The notes below the pieces were generated by a model. It did not search any database. It was not told the origin of the DNA and saw nothing but the letters and a program-made list of their open reading frames with translations. A stretch of 64,000 nt of DNA, taken from NCBI GenBank assembly GCA_030141605.1, contig JAQGDQ010000105.1:124001-188000 (forward strand), read 5' to 3'. Within the stretch, counting starts at the first letter, position 1. Every line of letters starts with the position of its first letter. Positions 14,601 to 29,600 of this stretch are shown piece after piece. This DNA is from Tubiluchus corallicola. Lineage: Eukaryota > Animalia > Priapulida. The position numbers were made by a program, and so were the translations under genes.

Positions 14601-17600
14601 ACTACAGGCATTGTTCTTGGTCTTGTTTATTTACGAATTACGACATTCCTACCATGCTCCCCCAAATGACCAAGCGGCACAGCACAATCAGGGCTTGGGA
14701 CGCTTTTCATGTATATTGTTCCTTCTCCTGTGTAGTGGATAGCCTATTATATGTTCTCTGACTATACCTACTACAAGTCTACAATATTATAAAGTAAGCA
14801 TTAACATTAGTTTTTTCTTTCAAATTTCATTGTAATATAACACTGAAGTACCTTTAGATTTACCCACAAATGATCAGTGGCTATCAGTAATGTACTCGAA
14901 CATTCCTTGAAGTGACTTGTTTATGTAGAAACAAACTAGAAATAATGAATATCCCAACAATAATAGGTTAGGACATTATATAGAACCGTGCTCCAAAAGA
15001 AACAGTGCACAGACAAATGCTATTTAAGCGTCCATTGTAACATTGTGCAAAGTCCTATAAATATGGATATATCATCAAATTATGGATGCACTTGCAGCAG
15101 TTATTATAGTCTAATCTCTTTGAATGACTTCATGTTCAACTTCATTTCTTTGTGATTTAATCATTTCAGCTTATTTCACCATTTCAGCACATTTCTATTG
15201 CATTGTTTCTTTTGGAACACCCTGTATTAAAATTTTCAGCAGTGTGTTAGACTAATTCTTTTTTGTTCAGTGGGGACACAAGTAGAAGATTTACTACCTT
15301 TGTCATAGACATATAATTTTGTAATTGTCAATATTTCAGAACCTTCTAGGAATGTTTAAGACTGTTTAGTTCCTTGATTAACATTATAACAGATATGGAG
15401 CTCCTGGTGTAGAATTTTACGGTCAGAGCGAGTCGTCTGTCTGTGTCACTAAACTGCTTTTCTTACCAAACCAGGTACGTCTGCTTATTTCACATATGTA
15501 GGTAGCTGAAAGTTTATTTAGTGAAAAATCTAGTTGCTTAGTCCAGTACGCAACTCAGCAATCTGTCTGCTAGATTGTTTCAGTGCCTTCTCTTACAAAA
15601 TATGTTTAGACTAACGCCACATGTTTTATGTTGTTTTAGTTTTAATTTCACTGTTTTTGCAGTTCACATGGCGACAGCACTCAGTTGTGTAAAATGTACA
15701 AAATTAAATTCCATTTTCAATTCCATATATAGTTGAGTATAAAAATATTATCTGATTGGATTTTATTATGTGTTTGAGTAAATTGGTGTCAAGCAAGACA
15801 TTTGTAATAACTAATAATGGTGGGACTTGATGTTCCATCTTGGATCTGATCTGCAGCATGACAAAAACTTTCTTTTTTATTGAATAAATTTAAGTAATGT
15901 ACTGTATGTCAGTCTTGCTGAGTGTTTGGTGCTAAGAGATTGGAATTTTGTTTATGTGAATTAGCTGAATTTTAGAATCATCAAGTAAAGGTAGAGTGCC
16001 TTGAGTTCATTTTTTAAACATTCAGCCGTAACGTTCATTAGAAGGGTAAATGTATTTGCATTTAATTCGATAAGGTAAGTATGACAACATAAATTGTATA
16101 TACAGCACGTACGTTCTTTAGGGCCGTTTGATTTCCCTCCTGGAAGACAACACATTGCAGCTCTGGGAGTGGAATCTTGTTGCCGGGAAATCAGTCTTGG
16201 AAGTTGTGAATACATGTCGTATTGACGAGAAAAAGGAGGAAAAGAAAGAAGAAACTGAAACAAAGGAAGGGTAATGTATAATTTTTAATTTTTATAAAAA
16301 AGCATTTATGGTCAAACATCAACTAGCAAGCAAACACTGAATCCTGAAAAACTAACATTCCTTTAAATACAGAATTCTTTTTGCAGGTAAACAATTCATA
16401 CAATAACTTTATCATTACCTGTAATAACAAAAGTAGATGTTAAATGTTTATTGTTTAATTTTTATTCAATTCAAATTTTACATAACCACTGCTGAGCAAA
16501 CAGTGTTTTATCTCTTAAGTGTTGTCAATAAAGTTTTATGAGTTTCTTTACCTCATAATTTATTATAGTTTAATTTATTTGTTTCATATTTTTGTGTTTA
16601 CTCGCATCGTAATGTTATAAACATATCTGTTTTGCCATGATGGTGATCTCATTCTCGTTGTTGCTCAATGGTGTAATAAGTTTTTAGTCCGTTTTTATGT
16701 TGTCACGTTACAATATTGTAACTTCAAATTCTAAATTTTTACGATAAAATGGATTCTCTGGCATTCTAAATAATATACATAGAAGTGAATTCCATAGCAA
16801 CAATAAATGGCATTCTAGGCAACATAACCAGGTAGTTGTGCAGAAAATACTCGATAAGTGAGTAGCTCAAAATTTCGGCATTCCAGACTAGTTGGTGCAG
16901 TTCTCTGCTCGCCTTCTGAGTAAGGTGCAGCCTTAGTTGCAATTTAGCCGCAGCAGTCGATTATTCCCTTAATATGCCTGGTATACCCAAATGTTGATTA
17001 CTTTTTCATTTTATCCTTCCAGTTCTTTTAATATGCCCTTAACTGCAAATGATTCATTAATCTAATTCATGTTTTTTCTGCTTAATTTTAATTCAACTGT
17101 AGTATCATTTGCGTGCACTGTACCGAAGGTATTCTTTATTTAAATTCATAAACTTCACTTAATCGTAGAAAAATTTAGTAGAAAATCTCAGGCCATTTCT
17201 GTATGGATCTTTAAGTGTTTTCTGCACGTAATTTAAAGATGATAAATTCATCATCCTAAAATTAATTAGTCTAAAGGGCAGAAGAGTGTTGATGTGTGGC
17301 GGCATGTGTTTTATGAAGCATGTGCTCTTGTTATATTACGTTGGCAGAACTGAAGTGCTTTACTGCGCTATCGTATGACGCTTTAATAAATATTTGTTCA
17401 ATCATTTTATACCGGCGTAATTTGTTGAACCTTGCAATTTTGCAGTAATGGTCGATGCCTAGGTTTTAATTTGTGGCTAAATGTTATGCAATGATAGCCA
17501 GTAAACTTGTAGTTAGTTTGTTAGATACGGTCATTTTGTTTCTTCTTGGTTCTTTGCTAATAATTTATCAGCAAACTACAGTGCATCTTTCCTTCTCGAC

Positions 17601-20600
17601 ACAAATTACAATTGCATTAAAACACGGGAATACAAGGTTGGATCTTGCCGATCTGGCACACGTCCAACTCAAGTTGCCATTGTTATCTTACAATAAACAG
17701 CAGCGTTTATTGCTCTTTATTTTGCACTCATTGCGCCGGAAGGGCGTTGATTATTTCTAAAACACGTTCACATCGCCATTGCGTGTCATCATTACCGAGC
17801 TGTACATCTATTTTCACTAAGCTACTGCAGGTGTGTTTCCTAGCTATACAATAATCGTACCTGCCTATTTCTGCCTAGGAGAATCAGATTGCTGGCGTCA
17901 TACTTATTGATCGAGCTAGAGAGAGAGAGAGAGAAAGGGAACGAACTTCCTCGTAAATCTCAGACGATAAAACCCCTCGCCGAGTGCGCATGCGCGTGGA
18001 TGACAGATCAAATCACCACCAGTGATTTCTGAAGTTTGCGCTGCAGAAGCCCGTCGGCTTAACGTTGGCTTCGTTTCGCTTTGACTCCTGGGAGTTGATT
18101 TTGTCAGAGCGTTTTGATTAACTCTTCTGTCGCAGCCGACCTTCGTATGTCATTCGTCTCCTTTAAATGATTTCCTAATAAATGTCAATGAACCAGCTGT
18201 AAATTAATCAGTTACTGGTTAGCTTAGCCGTTGGCATTGCCCGCTACATTTAAATAAATGGGAACTTGATTTAAACGAAGTAGTTACTCTCTTATGCTAC
18301 CGTTTCTGACAGGCTATCCAGAAAGCAAGTTCTCGAAGTAATTTGGTCATTAAATTTTTCAGGAGCGCCATTTGTATATGAAGTATTTTCATTCACCTAA
18401 GCGTCATTGTGTACAAATGTTACGAATTTAAGGCGCTTATCACGAAGCTTTGAATACTGTACATGCCTGTGTTAGGGTCCCTAGGGACTACTGTCCGCAT
18501 GGTGTGTTGCACCTTTGCCACTTTTCTTCAATGTTATTGCTCTTTGATTTTTGGTTTCCTCTTTTGGTAATTCTGCCATTGTCCTTTTGAAGAACCTCTT
18601 TTTTCAGTTTTAAGAAATAGGACTGATTGGCTTCTAGTCACAACTAGTCATTAGCTTCAAATCTTCACTACAGTGTCAACTGAACGCCTCGTAAATCTTT
18701 GGATCAGGACGAACTTGTGCTGCATAGATACCAGCATTCCCTGGAATCTACTGGTTGTAGCCATTACACCACTGCGCCCGCGCACACAAAACGGATGCAG
18801 TTTTATTAAATATGGCATCTAGTTTTGTTGTAGAATCTATACTGCACATTATTATCCACACAGAATGTTTTATTTTACTTTAAAATTTTCAAGTCCATAT
18901 TCCGTAATTAAAGCTATTCTGTTTTCAGTAAATCTGTAATCTACTCCATAACTCGATTACATTATTCGCGTTTTAATTCCCGGAATCAGTCTGAGTGAAT
19001 CACGAATTCTTCACGCATGAGTAAGCTAATGATCAATATGACATTACGTGGCTGCTTTCACAATTTATTAACTAACTAGATGATTGGTTATCAAAGGCAA
19101 GTTATTTTAACGCTGCGTCTGCAGTAATTTGAAAAATGCTATAAACCATATTATCCGTGATTCACGATTTTAGTTTTTTATCGTTCTTGCGTATCTTCGA
19201 ATCTTAGTTAATTAAAATTGAAAATCTTTGCTTATCAGTCCTTACTCCTAACTAAATCCCGAACTTCACTCCCGCCGACTTGATGCCGAACCCTGAAAAC
19301 TCCCGATCTCGCGTCCCAAACCTGTCCCGAATACCACAACTGTAGTATCACGTACCAACGTTCAGCTGGATCGAAATTTTAATTTTTTTTATAATGTGAG
19401 ATTGAATTTATGTTTGCTTTTGCTGGCTACAATAGCCTTTTATAGGTTTGTTTTTTATGTTTTTTAATTTTTTTCTGAATTTATTTATGAAAATTACCAT
19501 GATTATCACTGCAAGAAATAAAATTTTAAAAAGTGTTTTTCAGTTACATGTACAATACTTCAGGTTAGATTTGTGTAAAGTTATGAATGTGAAATTGACG
19601 TTGTAGCAGGTTTGTGCTGTACATCGCGTGATAATTTGCTATTTATTTGTTTATCTCGATGAGGCTTCTTTTTTATACCAGGAATACATGTCGGAATTTT
19701 GGAAGCTCATTAGCGCGCAGTCATAAAATATTCATAATCGTAAAATATTTGTTGCTGACTGAGCTTTAATAATATACAGTTCGTCTTATATATACACTGT
19801 CAATGTGCGAGCAAGAAATTCTAATGAATTTGCAGTTTGGTTATTTTAGAAACTAGAAAATGTTGTTGACATCATTCTTTGTACATCGGCAGATTGTCAA
19901 CAAATTGGTGTTACAAAGCCGCTGGGTTTACAGTTAGTATGACAAAAGTGTTGTAAATTAGAACTATAGAATCTGTATTAAGTTTTTTTGTTATACTGGA
20001 TGAGGCCGAGAACCACCGATCATCAAAGAGCCCGTCTTAAGCTTGACGTCAAGCTTTCCTGTCTATGTTTACTACCCACATGATGCACCATCCTTCAAAT
20101 ATAAAATCGTATTTGCTTGATTATTTTATTTATATAGGTCAATAGTTGACCATCTGTTTTTTTTTGTTAAAGAGCTTACCTGATGTCACTAAAAGTGGAG
20201 ATTCAGTGCATGCACGATTTATCTTTTCAATCTTATATTTTCGCTATTTAACTTTATTGTTAATATAGTATAAATTATAAGTCGAAATATCCAAGATCTA
20301 CAAACGTACAGGACTGCAGGTTCCTCTAAAGTAGACAAGATCCCAGATTTTATTTCAAAATATTTCTTTTTGTAAAAAAAGTGTTTGCATGTATTAGTAA
20401 GCTTACTGCTTGTTCTAGTAAGCTTACTGCATGATGCCAATGACTAGTTTCTTATCAACAGCTTTGAACGCTTCCTCCTTGCGCATTTCTTTCACTGATT
20501 CATAATGGCCTTTTAAAAGTCGATTTGATGGCGCTCTCTGACGGTCTTGGAAAATCAATTTGCGAAGTGAGATTTACCCTAAGCCATTTGCAATTAGTTT

Positions 20601-23600
20601 CTCTTGGTATCTTGCTCTGGTCTTTGTTTCCTGACTGTCTGCTATAATTGCCAGTCAGTTGATTTCGGGCGTTTAATCTAGCTCCTGGCAAAATGCACAC
20701 AGCAGTAAAGCTTTTGTGACTGAATGCATGATTTGCAGCCAGTTGCACGTCTATAATGTAATTTAAATGTTTCTTTAAGAGCCATATCTTTTCCAACTGC
20801 GAAAAAATTCACCTTTTTAGCTTTAGCGCTTTTCTTTGTAAGAATGAGTTTCTTGTATTTGCTGTTATAATTGCTGGTTGATTATCAGAAGTAATTTGTA
20901 TGGCAAACACACTTTAGATAGCGAAGTTGATTATATGGTAAAGAAGTGTTTTTAAGTCTTTGAATCATCCATTAAAAGTTGTTCATTACAAAGGATTTAG
21001 TTGAAAATGGATTTAGTCTAATAATGAAATTGTAGTTTTGTCCACCAAACTTGTTACAGTTTTGTAGTTTTTATTTTATTCATTTTTTTAATCGATACAT
21101 TATTCCGCTTAGATTCAGTTTTCCTGTTTTAGATTCCTATCGTATAAAGTTTCTTCCTTCATGTTCTTTAACTCATTGTATATGTGTTTTGCACATATTA
21201 CCTGCTAAAGGCAAATGTTTCCGGTGCAAAACTAAAAACTACTAGTGCATGAAACTAAAAGCAATAATTCAGTATACGTTGACATACGCAACGTACAATA
21301 GTAAAATATATAATATACATTAGACAAAAATTACATCATTCCCTGATTAACTGCATCTGATCTTTATGTTTCAATTTACTCGAAAAAAATAAAATTATGT
21401 TATCCTTTGTGGAAGTTGCCACGTTCTCTCAAGATTGCATATGTCTTACATGCGTACTACAGACAGGTTTCCTTGTGCTAGCATCTAAACTAATGTTAAG
21501 ATTAACTTATTTTATATTTTACTAATAATTGTACTATAATTATAATTCTGCTAAGTTCTATTTGAATCAATTTTTTAAGATTACGATTAAAAGTAATTCC
21601 TAATACTTCTGTTGCTGTATAATCAGGGATAATTACATTTTTACTACTAAGGTACTTCTTGTAAATTTGTGTCTCATTTGAAAAAAAGCAGTAGGTGCTA
21701 CAGATGATTGATTGCAAAGAAATTTATCCTAATACACCCACAACTACATTGCCAACTCAAACTATTGTAAATGGCCATAAAAGCTTTTTGAGATTTGGTT
21801 GTATTGAACCAATTATGTAGTTTAAAATCCTGCCCTGCCTAAAGGCAGAATAGTACAACAATAATACTGCTGCAATTCAACAACGGAAATGAGGTGTAAA
21901 GCGAGCCATGCTGTTTGGAAGGATTAAGGCATTTAGCTTTATTTAGCTTTATTTATTTGTTGACTAATTTGTGCCAGTTAGTTGCAAAGACTAAGTTTTT
22001 CATTAATTTTCTGCAGAGAGGCAAAAGAGGCCGAAAAGAAAGAAGAAGCAAAAGAAGGCGAAGGAGAAAAAGTAGAGGGTGAAGGAAAGGAAAAGAAGGA
22101 TGAAGAAGCAGCAGCAAAGACTGAAGAGAAGACCGAGGAAGCTGCAGCAGATGATGAAACACCCGAAGAGAAAAAGATCTCATCTATGTGCCTCTCCTCA
22201 ACACACGATTCCTTGTATCTTGGCACAGAAACTGGGAATGTGTATGTTCTGGACACAAAATCGTTTGCTCTGACAGAGAATGTAATTTATCATGATGTTG
22301 CTACCCAAAACTCCAGTGAGGAGGTCAAACACAACCTGGGTGCAGTTGAAGGACTAGCACAGCATCCAACTAATCCAGACAGGGTATTAATATCTCTCTT
22401 GTTCAGGTTTTTGAATTTGTATATTTATTCCAAGTTTGATGAACATTTTGAAGAAATTGCATTTGTGTGATGTTTTGCTGCTGTTTCGGTTTCACTAATA
22501 TATTGCTGACATTGCAGTATTTTACTAATCAATATTTATAAAATATTTGACTTTAGTTTTTTGGCTTTTCAGATATTGATTGGATACAGGAGAGGATTAA
22601 TTGTGCTGTGGGACAATAAACTGTCAATGGCTATGGGAAACTTTTCATTAAACCAGGTACATACATCCACAGAGTTTGTTAATGTACAATATTTCAACAT
22701 TATTCTGAAAATGCTTTAACCATTGTTTAGGTGCTCTACAATATTTAAATCTAATATAATGCTATGCAGTTTAGTTTTTTATTGATCCTTTTTTTCTGAA
22801 CATACATACTTTTGTATGTTGCTATTTTGATGTGAACTATGTCTATTTAGCGATTTAACAAGTATATAGTAGTACGAGTGTTGGACTAATGTTTTGAAAC
22901 AATTGCTGGTCCTGTCATATGAAGCAAAGTGCTAACTAATAGTAAGTTTTTTTTATACCAAGACTAAAGAAAATTTTTTTTAGATTCTATTAATCTTTGA
23001 GAATGTACGGAATCCATCCTATACATATACATTACATGGCAGACTGGCCCATAGCGTCCTTTTGTATCAAATGTAAATTTATGATCTCCCGAATAGCAAT
23101 TTCACATTCATTTCCATACACATCATTTTACAACCTAACCCAACTAATTTCCATTCAACTGCACACTTCATATCGTCTCCTTTTTATTTCCACTTTTTCA
23201 CACATCCTACCCCACTACTGCTTCTCCATTTATACTCGCATTATAGTCTCACAAGCCATGTTTTTCAAATGTAAGGCAGCAATGATTTATGAGATATAAA
23301 AAAATATATTTTCATATTGAATTGAATACCAACTGAATTTTCATATTATGTAATGTGTTGTTATGTTTTGTGTATATATGTATTGTTGTATTGGTATTGT
23401 CATAATAAAAAATATTGGATTTATGATTGTAGAAGTATGAAGGCAAGTACCTGAAATCTTAAATGTTCCAAAAAATTCTGATTGATAATGAGGTACAAAA
23501 CCACTTGAACTCATTTGGTGGCTTTCAGTACAAATGTTTACATCTTTAACATTCAAACGAGTATCTGTTAAGCTTTCTGCTGAAATTATGTAGAAAAAAT

Positions 23601-26600
23601 GAATGGCATTGACATAAGATAAAAATGATCTTTACTTTAGTAATGTGACTCTTATGAAACTTTACAAATTCGCAAATTTATTCATTCACTTGTTTTTTTC
23701 AGGAACTTGAGTCATTGTCGTGGGTTAGTAATGGTGAAAAGTTTGTTAGCTCTTATGCTGATGGTCGATATATTGTTTGGAGTGTTGGAGACATTAACAA
23801 ACCAGACATGGCTACCACCACACCATATGGTATGTGTCTTGTGGCATTTTATGAAACTGAAAAAAACTGAAAATAGCTGTTTTCTTCACATTTGCCATTT
23901 TACAAGGTTTATTTCAAAGAAATTTTTCCAAAACCTGTTCCAAAAATCACTCTCACAACATGCTACCATATTGCAAATTTAACCTTTTTTTATACTTTTG
24001 GCAAGTAAACTATAAATATAAATCTTATCTGAGTGTTAGCTGATGTGCAGATAACTAAAAAAGGAGCTATATTCTTCAAATTAAAATGCTATTAACACAA
24101 GTTTCTACATTCAAGTCACAACACTGGGTAGTTTGTCACCACTAGATTTGAATCGATATTCAGTTATGAAAAGTAAAATTAGCGCAGAACAATTAAACAA
24201 TTTTTGGTAGCTGTTTTGAATGTGTTCACATGATCATGTCATATTATTACTAAAGATATTCTTTACTATCTGGTTCAAGCAAAGCCTTGAATTTAATCAG
24301 AAATTTGAATGTGTGACCATCCTTTGAAGGTAGCGGTCCTATTTCTGAATTTTCAAAAGTATCATTTTTAATTTAATTCATTGAATAAACATTGAGCTTA
24401 CATATAATATATCTACTGTAACGTGCAAATGGTCAAAGTATGTTACATATGTTTACCGTGAATGTCATTATAAATAGTTTAATAAGTTTTTTGAATAAAT
24501 TATTATTTTAGATATCATTTTTAGATATTTTCACTTAATTATACTAATTATTAACTAAACAAAATACCTATCAATAAATTTTAGTTTAATAAGAAGAAAC
24601 TAATTGCCGACTATTAATATCCACCCAAATGTTTATAGTCAGGAAGAACTTAAAGCACAAAAAACGCTCCACTTACATCAAGCTTAAAAAATTCATATTG
24701 AAATTTTATACCACTTACGTAGTGTACTGCCTTTTTGAATTCAGAGCTTTCATCGGCAGTAATGCAGTATAAAACATGTAAATTTAAATTCACGCGATGA
24801 CCGTAGACGCAGCCATCTTGGTGATAAGTCATTTGAAACAAGTTTAGATAACACCGAGTAAAGTTTGGAAAAATAATCAGAGCATTCATAGCTCACGTGT
24901 CACTACTAAATAAAATTTTTAATTACTGTATCTTGTCAATAAGATTAAAAATACATTTTTTGGTTAGTGAGTGGTGCACCCTGGAGGTGAGTCAATGACA
25001 TTTTACCAATTGGTGAAAACATTTTTAAATAATTAATAATTTTCTTTTCTAGTTACATAAATCTTTCAAACAGGAAAGTGAAATGCTAAGTAATATAACT
25101 TTACATGGAAAGTTTTTTGGGACATAGTTTAATACTTCCTTTTCTTCCCCTGATTTACGTTGTGCATATATGATGTAATGTAATGGCGCGGTCGGAACAG
25201 TATTTAAAGGAAATTTAAGATGACAACTAACAAAAAATCCTTTCAACGTGAGTGTGATATACGCATAAAATCACTATAAAGTAATATAATTTTTTAAGGC
25301 GATTTTCGTGAAACCTACTTCAGGTACCGCTGTTCTCGTCTTTTAATGCTGTTTTATTGCAAAAGTGCCGTGTTATTTAAAACAAATATCAGAGTCAAAA
25401 CTGATTGTCCTGTTATATAGATATGATTTTATGTCTCTAAAACAAAATATAGTGCAATTTTTTGATAGTATTGAATATCGTATTTTGTATTTTACAGTCA
25501 GTTTCACATCAGCCAACGATGACCCTTGCAAGGGTCAACACATGCTACAATTTGTCTGAATGTTTTTAAATTAATTTGTTCATGATTAAATGCCTGATTT
25601 TATCAACAATTAGGTATTTGTAATTTCTATAGAACAAAAAGTTTATTATGTAAAAACATCGAAACTGATGTTCATTGCTAGTAGTTTTCAGTCTAGTACA
25701 TGTAGTAAAACATTACAATGTGTAATGTTGCAGTACTTAATTATTGTAACTCTGTTTTGCAGGCCCATTTCCATGCAAGCCAATCACAAAGGTCGAATGT
25801 CTATCCGCTTCTGAGTAAGTGCTTTATGCATTTTTTGAGGTTCAGGATGGCATCGGGGTTCGGGACGTTAATTTTGAGGTCAGAATTTTTGGGGGTTCAG
25901 GGTCGAGTGGTCGGGATCGAAGTTCGGGTCAGGACGAAATGTTGTGGATCGAGGTTCCTGACACCGAATTATAAAAACAATTACCAGTAATACAGGGAAA
26001 TTCTGCAATTTTAGTTCCATTCTTGTTAATATTGATAACTGCGGCATGATTGATCTATTCGTATGTTCAAATAGTTTCTTCTACAGCAGTTGACAACATG
26101 CTACTGCAGTACATTTCAGATTGTTCTTCTACAACTCTACATAACGTAATGTGGCATCTCTACATAACCAAATCTTGCATTGCTAAGTAAATGTAAAATA
26201 AACATAACTGTAATCTTTTTGCTATCAAGTAAAAATAATTATTAGAAAGAATAATTATACATGGAGCCTACTGACTAAGAAGAAATATCTGCTTAAGCGG
26301 TATTTATGTGGGATTTATATGGGAACGGTACTAGTGGTAACACTGTAAAACAAGAATATATTTTTTGTAAATTGTTCCAACATTATTGGCAGATAACATC
26401 CACGACTTACGCAGAAGCATCACACTTCCAGGTGACTGAATGTGCATTGTCTGTGTGTGGCATGAAAAGCTACTCACGTATGCAGTTATGATTAATAGAA
26501 CTCAATAAAAAAATATGCTATCGCGAAATCTAATTGATGAATAACTTCATAAATGGCTCATTTTTCTTCGTATGCCTCAAAAGCAGGAGGCAACGTTGTT

Positions 26601-29600
26601 TTTCAAATATTAACAACTTTTAAAGTTCGTAATCGGGGCCGGGGCGGAATGAGAAGTTCGGGAACGAGGTTCGGGACTGGATTGAATGTTCAGGAATGGG
26701 GTTTGGGATTTGAAGAAAGTTTGGGATCAAGGCTCAGGGGTCGAAGGATCATAACTACCCCAGTGCCAAACACCTGTAGTAATAAATCCTTCTGAGTTTG
26801 CCAATTTTATATGGGCCTTAAAAATATTGAAATCTTCGCCCTTTGCTGAGCATTTTTTTATAAAATATTACCAAACATTGATTTTGTAGTTATTTTTATA
26901 GAAAGAATTAGTGAAAGAATTAGTTGTGATGAAGGTTTTAGTTTGATTTGATTTGAAATGTTAAAATTCTGTTCCATTAAAATTTGATTTTTAATGCTGT
27001 ATATGGTCACTTTGATTGGCATATTGTTCCAGTAATTTGGTAACTGTTTTGAGCAGTTCTTAATGTATCATGTGGCACAGAAAAATTGTGCCAAATATTT
27101 AGACGATGACAATATTAGAAGCAACTGTTCACAAAGTTGAGATTTCACAGTATGGTATTACAAAACATTAAACTCAGGCAGTGAAAATTAGAAGTTTACA
27201 GCTTTAGTGGTTTTCAAGGTCGAATAACTTTTGCATGTTCAAAAATTAAATCTTCAATCAAATTTAATTTAGCCAGCTATTCATCAATTTGAAAAACAGC
27301 CAAATTGATATATATATATATATAAGGCACTTAAGACATGACAGTAAAACAGTAACGAAATCACCCAGTTTACTTCATAGCACCTTCACCACAGAAAGTA
27401 AAGCACTGAAAAATATTTATTGTCAAGAAAAAATGGAATTATAATTCTGACTGTGACATGCGAAATTTCCTCAAAGAGAAAGTGTATGTTAGGTGCACTT
27501 TTTGATGCAGAGAAACAAACGGCAAAAACTGTTGAGTGCTGAACCAAATACCCCTTAAAGAAGTGAGAAACTGTATCAACTGTTGAAAAAAACTTTTTTA
27601 TATAGTTTGAGAAACTGTATCGGCTGTTGCAAGAAATGCTTGTGCCTAGTTTGCATTGAAAGTAGTGGACACATAGAGAGAGCACTTACTATATATTTTA
27701 ACAATAGTGACACGAACTCTTTTCCAGCATTTAATTTTTCACTTGTTAATTTAAATATTCGGAGTCTTTGGGAAAATCTAAGGGAATGACCTAAAATTTT
27801 TGGTGTTTACACACAACCATATACCGTCAGGGCATCAGTGTTGTAATTTTCAAGAGATTCCATTGTTTTTTATAATATCGTAATCAAAACGTCGTCACAT
27901 TATTTTTGCAGCACTTGATACAACTTAATCTTTTTGCATTTTAATTTCTTTGTTTATGCACTGATATTGTTTATTTAATGTTATTTGTACTTGTAACTGA
28001 TTTTCTGTTTTTCAATTTTAAGTGATCCATATCTGGTTTTTGCTGGTGGAATGCCACGTGCCAGCTATGGAGATCGTAATACCGTGACAGTCATGCGCGG
28101 AAGCAAGCACATTGCATTTGACTTCACTTCTAAAGTGGTTGGTTTTGTTGTTTTGGCTTCTCCTGATGGAGGTATCACTATCTACTTATTACTTATCTAC
28201 AAAGTTTATTATCTTGCATTTAACATGCATTTCAGACTGGCTAACATTGTGTACGTGTTGCTATCAAGGAGTAAATTATTAGAAGTCCTGACCTGAAATT
28301 GTCACTTAAATATTTTAATTTTTATTTAGAACTTGATAATCCATACACGCTTATCGTATTGTTGGAAGAAGAGATCATCTTTATTGATCTGCTGGACGAT
28401 GCTTGGCCAACAATGCGTTTGCCTTATTTAGCCAGTCTTCATGCTAGCGCCATCACATGTTCATCTCATGTCGGGAACATTCCAGAAGAACTGTGGAATG
28501 CCCTGATTGCGGCAGGAGATAATCAAGCAAAGGACTTCTCCAAGAAAGTATGTTGAATTTTGACAGAGTTCATTTAGTATTTTTTTGCAGGTTTGCTGCA
28601 AGAATTTTGGAGTTATGACACTGACGTCATTAAAGTATTTATGAACACCGTTATAGTTTGTATCTAAACATAAGTTGTATTAAGCCACGCATTTATTAAA
28701 CAAAAAAGAAATGTTTAGCACTGTATTCCACAGCCCATGACCTCGAGCACTGAGTACTAGCCAAGTAATGCGTTTCATGTGAATATTTGTATAAGTAAGA
28801 TTAATTACGTTGGTTAATGTATTGATTTAATATGTTACAATAATATCATATAAGTAATATGTAAAGCATGAAGAAAGTGGTAACTGTTAAAAATATTGCT
28901 TAAACATTTTTACCAGTGAACAGTTCTAGGCTTTTAGCCTTTTTAGAAATGTATTCAGAAAGGAGAATGTCACACTTTTAACATTTTTACTTTATTTTAT
29001 TAGGAATGGCCTTTATCTGGTGGCAAGAACCTGACAGATGCTGGAGACCACAGAGATCTTCTTCTTACTGGGTATTCAGTGAAGATTATATTTGTTTATT
29101 TCACTCTTTCAACATATGGTTAAAAAACAATTTTGTAGAATGTACATACATTACAGTGCCTATGTGTGTGAATTCAATTTCTGTTTTTTCATTCATCTTT
29201 TTCATTTTCCACTTTAGAATTAGCATGTCAACATTGTTCTCTCACCATTGAACTTCTTTTATTACCATCTCTTTTGCAAACAACATTTTTACAGACATGA
29301 AGATGGTTCAGTACGGTTCTGGGATGCATCCGGCATTGCCATGAGGCTGATTTACAAGCTAGTGACGGCTCCGTACTTTGTAAGTGATCATGAGCCAACA
29401 CAAGATCATGAGGAAGAATGGCCACCTTTCCGCAAAGTGAGCGCTTTCGACTCTTATGTATGTTACGCTTATATTTTATAGTTTGCAGTGGGTTGTGCAC
29501 TGGTATGCATTTGGTAGTTTACTTCCTTTTTCACTAATACAGTTAGCTTATAGCTATTAATCCACATAGTCACATATGCTAAGATACTGGACTGCAGACA

